A stretch of DNA of 48,241 nt from an uncultured Candidatus Saccharibacteria bacterium (GTDB lineage Bacteria; Patescibacteriota; Saccharimonadia; Saccharimonadales; Saccharimonadaceae): positions 1 to 48,241 of the forward strand of contig CANOGH010000001.1 of assembly GCA_947565505.1 (NCBI GenBank). The letters are read 5' to 3'. Positions 1 to 7,995 of the stretch are shown in pieces. A model generated the notes under the pieces. That model worked only from the letters and a program-made list of their open reading frames with translations, ran no database searches and was not told where the DNA came from. The first letter of the stretch is position 1; each line of letters begins with the position of its first letter. The position numbers were made by a program, and so were the translations under genes.

Positions 1-1256
1 GTATTGAGGGGGCGATGAATGATATCTTGACGGGCAAGGACGGTATGTTTAAAACCGTGAAAGACGTGAATAACGTGGCGCTTTCAATTGGTGATAGTAA
101 CGTGAAGGAGCCTGCTCAAGACGGTGAAAACGTTGTTTTAACCTTGGATAAGACTTTACAGTATAACGTGGAGAAGATTATTGCAGAGAAGTCTAAGGAG
201 CTGGGTTTTGCTAATGTTAGTGCATTGGTGATGAATCCACAGAATGGGCAGATTTTGGCGATGGCAAATTATCCAAACTATGATCCGGCAGACTTTGGTA
301 ACGTAGCTGGGGCGGCGGCGTATCTGAATCACGTGGTTGATGATGCTTACGAACCGGCCAGTGTGTGTAAAATTTTTACGTTTGCGGCAGGGGCAGAGTA
401 TGGTTTGGTGACGCCAGACAAGACGTTTGTTAATGAAGGAGTGACTTATGTGGACGGTTGGCCGATTAAGAATGCTGAACAGGGGCCTGAACTTTTGGGA
501 ACGCAGACTTTACAGATAGCGTTAAACTATTCTCTGAATACTGGATCGACTCAGGTTTTGAGGTGGCTAGGAGGAGATGAGGTAAATATTAACGCGACTG
601 GTAGGGAACGGTTATACGACATGTTTTACAATAAGTTTGGCTTGGGGCAGCCGACGGGTGTAGAGTTATTCGAAGCGGTCGGTCAGATTGTTGAGCCAAA
701 TGCAGAGGCGTGGGGTTTAGATTCGACTTATGCTAATATGACTTTTGGGCAAAATTTGCAATTTACAATGTTGCAAGTGGCGGCGGCGTTTTCGTCACTG
801 GTGAATGGGGGTATGTATTATACGCCAACGATTGTGGCAGGAAAGATGCAAAATGGGGAATTTATCAAAAGCGAGGAGCGGTTAGCGGTGAGAAGGACGG
901 TATCTGAGCAAACTAGTGCGATGATGCGAGAGATGCTTTATGGAACAAGGCGAGCTTGGCGGGCGAATGGCACCGATAAGACTGGTTACGTGGTGGGAGG
1001 GAAGACTGGAACGGCGCAGGTGATTCGCGATGGGGCTTACTCCATGAATGAAACTACGGCGACTTATATCGGTTACGGTGGCACGGAAGGGGAAATTCCA
1101 GAATATGTCATTATGGTGCGGATGTGGGAAGATGGGAAGATGGCTGGTGGTCAGGATCATGCTTTGCCAACTTTTAATGCAATTAAGAATTATGTGCAAG
1201 ATTATTTAAGAATTCGTCCACGCGTGGCCGAGGAAACCGTCGAGACAAAGGAATAG
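1..1256 (+). CDS. ftsI: Class B penicillin-binding protein (FtsI/PBP2-like transpeptidase), 5'-truncated by the window edge
   Basis: SxxK (EPASVCK), SxN (YSLN) and KTG (GKTGTAQ) motifs. The frame stays open upstream of ATG 15 (..IEGAMN), so the true start lies before the window. Directly upstream of mraY. Confidence 0.9.
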   Translation, partial: IEGAMNDILTGKDGMFKTVKDVNNVALSIGDSNVKEPAQDGENVVLTLDKTLQYNVEKIIAEKSKELGFANVSALVMNPQNGQILAMANYPNYDPADFGNVAGAAAYLNHVVDDAYEPASVCKIFTFAAGAEYGLVTPDKTFVNEGVTYVDGWPIKNAEQGPELLGTQTLQIALNYSLNTGSTQVLRWLGGDEVNINATGRERLYDMFYNKFGLGQPTGVELFEAVGQIVEPNAEAWGLDSTYANMTFGQNLQFTMLQVAAAFSSLVNGGMYYTPTIVAGKMQNGEFIKSEERLAVRRTVSEQTSAMMREMLYGTRRAWRANGTDKTGYVVGGKTGTAQVIRDGAYSMNETTATYIGYGGTEGEIPEYVIMVRMWEDGKMAGGQDHALPTFNAIKNYVQDYLRIRPRVAEETVETKE

Positions 1257-1278
1257 TGTGATATAATTAGGGAAGATT

Positions 1279-2307
1279 ATGGAAGATACCTTTGGGAATG
1301 AGACGTTTTATGGCTTGATCTTGTCGCTTTCGGCGTTCTTTTTGGCAACTTTTTTGACGCCGATCTATACACATTTTGCTTATAAATATAAGTTTTGGAA
1401 AAAACAGAAAAAAGATACGGTGACGGGCGAAAAATTAACGGTAGTGGCGAAGCTTCATGCCGGGAAGATCGCTCGTCATTTTCCAACTATGGCAGGTATG
1501 ATTGGTGTGGTGACGGTATTTACGGTAACTTGCATTTGTAACTTGAATCGAGAGCAAACTTGGTTGCCACTGGTGGGGTTTCTCGGTGGAAGCTTGGTGG
1601 GGTTCATTGACGATGTAATTAATGTGTTTGGCAGTGGAAAGGGGGCGGCAGGGCTTCGAGCGCCAGTGAAGTTTGCGATGATTACGATTATTGGTTTATC
1701 GCTTGGCTGGTGGTTTGCGGTTAAGTTGGGGTGGACGAGTATTGAGGTGCCATTTTTGGGTGATTGGTATGTGGGGACGGTGGGAATGATTATCATTTTC
1801 GCTTTTGCGGTAGTGGCGACAAGCAATGCGGTAAATATCTCGGACGGATTAGATGGGTTGGCTGGTGGATTAGCGCTAATGGCGTATGGCGCTTATGCAA
1901 TTATTGCCCTATTTCAGGGGCAATGGATGCTGACCGGTTTTTGTTTGACGGTGGTGGGATGGTTATTGTCATATATTTGGTTTAATGTACCGCCGGCACG
2001 CTTCATGATGGGGGATACGGGTTCGTTTGCGATTGGTGCTGGTCTCGGAGTGGTAGCGATGATGACGAACGCATTTTTCCTTTTGCCGATTATCGGGATT
2101 TTGTTTGTGGTGGAGGCAGGGTCAAGTTTGATTCAAATTTTCTGGAAAAAAGTGTTTCATAAGAAATTGATGGTGTCGGCACCAATTCATCATCATTTGG
2201 AGGCGAATGGTTGGGGTGAGGCGAAGATCGTAATGCGTTTTTGGGTGATTGCGGGAGTTTTTGCTATTATTGGCGTATTCTTGGCAGCGCAGGGCGGAAT
2301 TATATAA
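1279..2307 (+). CDS. mraY: Phospho-N-acetylmuramoyl-pentapeptide transferase
   Basis: PTMAG, GFIDD, NAVNISDGLDGLA, FMMGDTGS and APIHHHLE motifs; multiple TM helices. Confidence 0.97.
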   Translation: MEDTFGNETFYGLILSLSAFFLATFLTPIYTHFAYKYKFWKKQKKDTVTGEKLTVVAKLHAGKIARHFPTMAGMIGVVTVFTVTCICNLNREQTWLPLVGFLGGSLVGFIDDVINVFGSGKGAAGLRAPVKFAMITIIGLSLGWWFAVKLGWTSIEVPFLGDWYVGTVGMIIIFAFAVVATSNAVNISDGLDGLAGGLALMAYGAYAIIALFQGQWMLTGFCLTVVGWLLSYIWFNVPPARFMMGDTGSFAIGAGLGVVAMMTNAFFLLPIIGILFVVEAGSSLIQIFWKKVFHKKLMVSAPIHHHLEANGWGEAKIVMRFWVIAGVFAIIGVFLAAQGGII

Positions 2308-2330
2308 ATGTAAATAAGGAGTAGGAACGG

Positions 2331-2435
2331 GTGGATTTTCAAAGTTTACTAAAATTGGCGGCTGCGGCGTTGTTAATTGTGAGCATAGTGATGCTAGTGG
2401 CTTCGTTCTTGATGGATTTAGGCATTATTGGTTAG
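2331..2435 (+). CDS. Small single-TM protein, 34 aa (MDFQSLLKLAAAALLIVSIVMLVASFLMDLGIIG)
   Basis: GTG start at 2331 with AGGAG at 2317-2321, TAG at 2433-2435; strongly hydrophobic; too short for the ORF track. Confidence 0.55.
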   Translation: MDFQSLLKLAAAALLIVSIVMLVASFLMDLGIIG

Positions 2436-2470
2436 GTTTTTTCTTGAAGTATGTTATAATTATAGTGTAA

Positions 2471-3739
2471 ATGCGTAGACATAAAAGTGATCGGGCTATT
2501 GCAGTTTTAATATTAACCCTCTTAATTGTGGGGCTGATCATGATTTATATGATTGGGCCGATGCGCGCGAATGTCCTGAATGCAACTTATGGTACGGACT
2601 ATAGTGATAATTATTTCTTTTTGCGACAGTTATTGAGCGTAGGTTTGGCACTGGCGGTGTTGGTGTTTACTTTTAAAGTGCCTTACCGATTAGTGCAGGT
2701 ACTAGGCAAGTGGATATTTTTTGCAGGTATTGCGCTTTGTATAATTTTGATGATTTTAGCGCCGACGGGTGGTGATTTGGTGAGTTGTCAGCTTGGGGCA
2801 TGTAGATGGTTTAAACTGCCAGCAGGTCTAAGTTTGCAACCTTCAGAGGTGGTGAAGTTGGGATTGGTGCTATGGTTGGCGGGATTTTTGAGTAAGAGCC
2901 GCGAGAAACGTAGTTGGGAGCCGGCCAAGAGGACGGAGCCGGAGAGTTTGAAGGAGACGTTTTGGCGTTGGTGGCGGAGTTCGATTGTGCATTTTTGGTT
3001 GCCCTTTGGGGGAATGTGTGGTGCGGCACTGTTTTTGGTAGTGATTGTACAGAAGGATTTGGGTACGGGCGCAAGTATGATGGCAATTATTTTAGCAATG
3101 TTGTTTATGAGTGGCATTAAAATGCGTTACTTTATCATAGTACTAGTGACTATTTTGGCGGTAGGTGTCCTGTCGATTGTGACTTCACCACATCGCATGG
3201 AGAGAATATTGACTTTTAGCAGTGAGGATTCGAGCGATGCGTATCATATTGAAAATGCTATGATTGCGATTGGTGCTGGCGGGCTTTGGGGAGTAGGGCC
3301 AGGGAATAGTGTGCAGGCGACGGGTTATTTGCCAGAGTCGATTAATGATTCAGTATTTGCAGTGATCGGTGAGACTTTTGGTTTCGTGGGATTGGTGGCA
3401 CTGGTAATGTGTTTTGCGGTGTTATTAATGAAGTTGTTGAAGGTAGCGAATTTTTTACAGGATACTGAGCAGTCATTGATAGTGATAGGAGTGTTTGCCT
3501 GGGCGACAGCGCATGTGGTGATTAATATTGCGGCAATGACGGCTTTAATGCCATTGACGGGTATTACTTTGCCGTTTCTAAGTTATGGTGGTACTAGTAT
3601 GTTGTTTATGTCGGCGGCGTTCGGTTTGGTTTTGCAGCTTTCGTGTTATACTAGTAGGGAACCAAGGAAGGAAATATTACCCGAACGTCTAGATGAGCGT
3701 AGGGGGCGCCGAGAAGAGTTTGGAAGGAGAAGGCAATGA
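2471..3739 (+). CDS. ftsW: SEDS peptidoglycan polymerase FtsW/RodA
   Basis: GACRW, LQPSEVVK, QKDLGT, YLPESINDSVF and GITLPFLSYGGTS motifs; between mraY and murG. Confidence 0.93.
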   Translation: MRRHKSDRAIAVLILTLLIVGLIMIYMIGPMRANVLNATYGTDYSDNYFFLRQLLSVGLALAVLVFTFKVPYRLVQVLGKWIFFAGIALCIILMILAPTGGDLVSCQLGACRWFKLPAGLSLQPSEVVKLGLVLWLAGFLSKSREKRSWEPAKRTEPESLKETFWRWWRSSIVHFWLPFGGMCGAALFLVVIVQKDLGTGASMMAIILAMLFMSGIKMRYFIIVLVTILAVGVLSIVTSPHRMERILTFSSEDSSDAYHIENAMIAIGAGGLWGVGPGNSVQATGYLPESINDSVFAVIGETFGFVGLVALVMCFAVLLMKLLKVANFLQDTEQSLIVIGVFAWATAHVVINIAAMTALMPLTGITLPFLSYGGTSMLFMSAAFGLVLQLSCYTSREPRKEILPERLDERRGRREEFGRRRQ

Positions 3740-4995
3740 AAATTTTAGTAGTTGGTGGTGGATCAGGTGGGCATATTACGCCAGCAGTGGCGGTGGTGCG
3801 GGAAATTTTACGAATGAAGCCGCGGACTCAGGTTGAATTTTGGACTGATCGAAAATATTACAAGAATGTAGTCAAGATTACGACGGAGATTGGCGTGCAG
3901 TGGGGCTCGGAGCGCCAAAAGCGCGCGCGCGTTAAAAAAGCTCCGTATATTCGGGTGCGAAAGATTTGTGCTGGAAAATTTCGACGTTATGCCGGCTGGA
4001 CTAAGAAGGACTATTTAAAGAATTGGCAAATTACATTAAATGACTTAATTTTGAAAAATATTGGTGGTTTTTTCGGTTTTTCGGCGGGTATCATACAGAG
4101 TTTTTTGCGGTTATTGTTGCCGATGTTGCGACCGGATGTGATTTTTTTGAAAGGCGGTTTCGTTGGCTTGCCAGTGGGGTTGGTGGCGCGTTTCCTCAGA
4201 ATCCCTTACGTTGTGCATGAGTCGGATATGGTGCCAGGTTTAGCGAATCGAATGCTGATGGATCATGCGGCGGTGATTGCTACCGGTTGGGACGAGTTAG
4301 GTAAAATTACGGATCGCCCGGTAGTGACGGTGGGAATTCCAGTTGCGCCAGAGTTCAGAGAAGTGAATTCGATTCGGCAAAAAAGCTTGAAGAAGGAATT
4401 TGGCTTTGCCGAGGATAAGCCGCTGGTTGTGGTGACGGGAGGAAGTCAGGGAGCGGAGAATATTAACTTGGCGGTGCGAGAGATTTTGCCGGAAATGTTG
4501 AATTTTACGAGCGTGGCCTTGGTGGCGGGGCGTAAACACTATGAAGATATGGTGAGCTTGAAGCGTTTTGAGGTGTGGGAGCGGGCTCGATTAAAGTCGA
4601 ATTTTCGTATGTGGGAATTTAATTCGGAAATGGACAAATTATTAGGGGCAGCCGATGTGGTAATCAGTCGAGCTGGGGCAACTACAATTGCAGAGTTAGC
4701 AGCCTTAAAGAAGGCAGTGATTTTGGTGCCGTTTGAGCGCTTGCCAGGTAGTCATCAGCTGAAAAATGCTGAAAGGCTAAAGGAGGATAATGCGGTGGTT
4801 ATGGTTACTGATCAAAGAATGTCGCAAAAACCAGGTATCTTGTTAAATGAAGTGCGGCATTTAATTCGTGCGCCACGTGAGCGGCAGGTTTTAGCGGAGA
4901 ATTTGCATAAAACTGCTAGATTGGATGCGGCTGAAAAGTTAGCGGATGTGATTATTGATGTAGCAAATGAGAAAACTGATAAGTATAAGAAGTAA
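3736..4995 (+). CDS. murG: Lipid II GlcNAc transferase MurG
   Basis: GGGSGGHITP, KGGFVGLP, HESD, TGGSQGA, SRAGATT and HQLKNA motifs; ATGA overlap with ftsW. Confidence 0.96.
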   Translation: MKILVVGGGSGGHITPAVAVVREILRMKPRTQVEFWTDRKYYKNVVKITTEIGVQWGSERQKRARVKKAPYIRVRKICAGKFRRYAGWTKKDYLKNWQITLNDLILKNIGGFFGFSAGIIQSFLRLLLPMLRPDVIFLKGGFVGLPVGLVARFLRIPYVVHESDMVPGLANRMLMDHAAVIATGWDELGKITDRPVVTVGIPVAPEFREVNSIRQKSLKKEFGFAEDKPLVVVTGGSQGAENINLAVREILPEMLNFTSVALVAGRKHYEDMVSLKRFEVWERARLKSNFRMWEFNSEMDKLLGAADVVISRAGATTIAELAALKKAVILVPFERLPGSHQLKNAERLKEDNAVVMVTDQRMSQKPGILLNEVRHLIRAPRERQVLAENLHKTARLDAAEKLADVIIDVANEKTDKYKK

Positions 4996-5004
4996 GAGGG
5001 TGAA

Positions 5005-5565
5005 ATGCGTGGGCGAAAACAAAATGAGCGGCTGAAGTCGGGGCGTACAATTGTGGCAGAGCTTGAGCAGGCGGTACCTACTTCAGATCGAATTGAGGAA
5101 CATAAAAAAACTGAGCGCAAGCATCGGTTTCTGGCGTTTTTGTTCGTTTTGATGTTTGCTGGTGTAGGAATAGTCGGATATTTGACTATTTCTGATTTTT
5201 ATGGTAAAATGTTGGAGGAAAGACGAGAGGCGAAATCGCCATTGACGTATGATCCGGAAGCTACAATTATTGATGAAGACAATCGGGAACGGATTTCGCT
5301 GCGCACGAAAGAATATATCGGGAGATTGGAGCAGGATCTGCAGGATTTGGGTTACAAGGTTGAAAAAGTGACTTTACCGACAGGCCTGATGCGGACGCTA
5401 TATGTTGATGTGGTAGGGAAGACTCTATATATTAAAGTAAATCTAGATCGGGATACAGCCGTTACGGCGGAAGATGCGGCGAGGATGATGGAATATTTAG
5501 ACGCACGGGATTTGCACCCAGAATATGTTGACGTGCGCGTGGAAGGGAAGGGTTATTATAAGTAA
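5005..5565 (+). CDS. FtsQ/DivIB-like bitopic cell-division protein (reduced)
   Basis: Single TM near the N-terminus; C-terminal EYVDVRVEGKGYYK resembles the FtsQ YxDxR tail; dcw position. Confidence 0.65.
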   Translation: MRGRKQNERLKSGRTIVAELEQAVPTSDRIEEHKKTERKHRFLAFLFVLMFAGVGIVGYLTISDFYGKMLEERREAKSPLTYDPEATIIDEDNRERISLRTKEYIGRLEQDLQDLGYKVEKVTLPTGLMRTLYVDVVGKTLYIKVNLDRDTAVTAEDAARMMEYLDARDLHPEYVDVRVEGKGYYK

Positions 5566-6309
5566 TGGGGAATGAACTATAATGTAATATAAGTATAATT
5601 TGTCAAGGTTTGAGGTGAATAGGATTTGGGAGGTGGTTGAAGAACGAGTAATATTTTGCGACATGGCTGGTTAGACTTGATCGTGAACTCCTCAAAGCCG
5701 TTAAAATGGTCGATTTAGGATCGGTAAAGAGTGATTCTAGTTCGGGTTTAGTTCGGGTACTCGGCAGAGGGAAAAATCGAGTTATGGATGAGGCCGGTCT
5801 TTTGAGGTGCTGAGGAGATTAATGTTGGTGTAAAACAGATTAGTAGGTAAGGGAAGTAGCGAAATCCAAAAAAATGATTGAAAAACGGCTAGACGGGACC
5901 GCGCCAGTAGGCTGGAGGACGCATGGCTTGATCACCAGGTTTATTCCTCTGTAATGTCGTAAAATATGTATTGTGCGACATTAAAAATATATCAAAAAGA
6001 TGCATATACATATGTCTTTTTTATACCTCCAATGATCTCTCATAGTCAATTTAGTATAATTTTGGTGGTAATACCCAATAATGTGCCTTTTGGAGATTTC
6101 AGAGGTTCATCCGGGCAAACTATGGAGAGTGAGGATATGGCATTGTGGTCTGAAGGGGATAGAAGCAATAATGTTAATTTTGTAGGATAGAGGGAACGAT
6201 AGGAAGAAAAGATTGAGTAAGCTGATGGTGGTATTTTAAAGCTAATAGTTCCCTGTTTTCGATCTATTGAACGGCAAGGAGCAACTTTGATCAGAAATAC
6301 CTTAGAAGG

Positions 6310-6383
6310 TGTCAAAACTTTGACACTGAGAAGTTTTTTGTCCAAATTTGGACATTCTAGCCATATTTGTCCAAGTTTTGACG
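6310..6383. promoter_or_regulatory. Three 16-bp palindromic operator-like sites at a 29-bp period
   Basis: TGTCAAAACTTTGACA (6310-6325), TGTCCAAATTTGGACA (6339-6354), TGTCCAAGTTTTGACG (6368-6383); same motif as 38413-38475. Confidence 0.7.
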
Positions 6384-6441
6384 AATGTAACAGTATATTA
6401 TATATTATGTAGACGGTAAAGGCGGTCTGGAGATAGCGATT

Positions 6442-7176
6442 TTAGGCAATATGAATTAGCTTATCTTGTAATTGATCCTTGATCCAGAGAGTAAGGCTGG
6501 TATAGGCGGGGTCGCCAATGCAACCGGTAATGGCAGCGTGGTAGGCAGATTTCTTTTCGGAATTACTGCGGGGGAAGCCAGCAATAATTGGGATATATCC
6601 CAAGGCAACTGCGAGCTGATCGGTCACCACTCGGGCAATTCGGCCATTGCCGTCAAAGAATGGGTGGATACGAATAAAATTATAATGAAAGCTGGCTAGG
6701 AAGCGGCAGACCTCACTAATATTATGGGCTTCGACATAAGGCAGGCTATTGCAAAGGTTGCGAGCAAGACCATAAAGCTCGTTATAAACTTCTGCACCAC
6801 CATGCGGAATATGGTGCAGATCTTCGTCTCCTGGGTTTCCGAAACGTACGTCGTGGCCTTTGGCACGGAGCTCGCCGGTCCTACGGTAGACACGCTTGAA
6901 AAGGGCGGTATGCATCTGTTGCCAGTTGGCTAGCCAATCACCTTCAGTGCGATTGCAAAGCAAGAAATGGATGTCGACTGGACGGCGTAATTCTTTGACA
7001 AATAGCAGGATAACGTCACTGAGACCTTTTTCCTCCCCGCTGCGCACTAATTTGTGTTCAGAATTGATCGAAAAACGTCTGCCACTTTTATATTCGGGTG
7101 TTTTGCGGTATTGTCGCCAGAGAACTTTGGCAGCGTCTTCCATGGCGATTTCATAGCGTTCATTAGTGCTAGTCAT
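6442..7176 (-). CDS. Fic/Doc-family protein (putative toxin)
   Basis: Canonical HPFFDGNGRIAR motif. The likely start is ATG 7176 (MTSTNER), overlapping the upstream stop; the track's start at 7254 lies inside the upstream gene. Confidence 0.9.
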   Translation of the reverse strand: MTSTNERYEIAMEDAAKVLWRQYRKTPEYKSGRRFSINSEHKLVRSGEEKGLSDVILLFVKELRRPVDIHFLLCNRTEGDWLANWQQMHTALFKRVYRRTGELRAKGHDVRFGNPGDEDLHHIPHGGAEVYNELYGLARNLCNSLPYVEAHNISEVCRFLASFHYNFIRIHPFFDGNGRIARVVTDQLAVALGYIPIIAGFPRSNSEKKSAYHAAITGCIGDPAYTSLTLWIKDQLQDKLIHIA

Positions 7177-7771
7177 CGTCTTGATGCTCCAAGTCTGTAC
7201 TTTCTTTGACGATGTCGGACAGCATCGCCTGTAAGAGTGCCGCTTGCATGGCACCGATTTGGTCGCTTTCGTTCCCTTTCTTTTTGGGTTTGAGAAATAC
7301 TTTAATGTTGAGTTTAGAGATAGAATTTTTTAAATCGTCTTTTGAGATTACAAAATTTGCCCCATTGTTATTTTTGGCCCAGCTTGGGTCTTGGTGACTG
7401 GTTTCAATTAGCTCAATGGTGCCCCGTGCGCTGAGGGTGTTAATTGCATTTTGAACGATCTTGAGAATATCATCTTTACCACCAATCATAATATCTGGTT
7501 GACCGTCAAGGCTGTATTCTTCAGATTCGTAAGCTAGTTTAGTATCAGGAGTTTTGATGACGACAATGTCTGGATGTTCATCGGCTAGAGTCATAAAACC
7601 GACTGGTACCGGCCCGAGTGGCATGCGCACATAAGCGATATCTCCAGGCTGCATGAAACCTTTTTTAACTAATTCTTTATGTACAAAATAAATTGTCTTG
7701 GCAAAACGGACACGCGAAAGCGGCCCTTCATTGAGCAGGAGGATAGCAGCGGCAAGTTCATAAAGATTCAT
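7169..7771 (-). CDS. Panacea (DUF4065/SocA-like) antitoxin-domain protein
   Basis: KTIYF, RMPLGPVP and SHQDPSW match Panacea-domain hallmarks; directly upstream of and overlapping the Fic gene. Confidence 0.75.
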   Translation of the reverse strand: MNLYELAAAILLLNEGPLSRVRFAKTIYFVHKELVKKGFMQPGDIAYVRMPLGPVPVGFMTLADEHPDIVVIKTPDTKLAYESEEYSLDGQPDIMIGGKDDILKIVQNAINTLSARGTIELIETSHQDPSWAKNNNGANFVISKDDLKNSISKLNIKVFLKPKKKGNESDQIGAMQAALLQAMLSDIVKESTDLEHQDDD

Positions 7772-7954
7772 GTTTGTCCTAATTTAGTCTTATTTACTAT
7801 TATATAACGAGAAGTATATTTATGTTGTTGTGGAATTTACAACAATTAAGTGAAGGTTGTTTTTTTGAGAGTGGGTTGCGGCGTGGTTCCTTGACACTAT
7901 GCCAATTTACAGGATATTTTGTGAGTTGTGGTTCCCAGGCTTTTTATTTTTCTA

Positions 7955-7983
7955 TTGACAAATTTTATAATCTGTGATATAAT
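7955..7983 (+). promoter_or_regulatory. Consensus sigma70 promoter pointing into the 3' end of the VirB4-like gene
   Basis: TTGACA-17 bp-TATAAT with extended TG. Confidence 0.6.
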
Positions 7984-7995
7984 GGAAGGATATGG

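Noticed and set aside
5670-5760. Possible + strand structured RNA after ftsQ
   Set aside because: The stems rely heavily on G-U pairs in a G/T-rich strand, so they are likely chance
5966-6345. 74-aa (+) and 99-aa (-) ORFs
   Set aside because: They overlap each other, lack motifs, and one starts inside the operator palindrome
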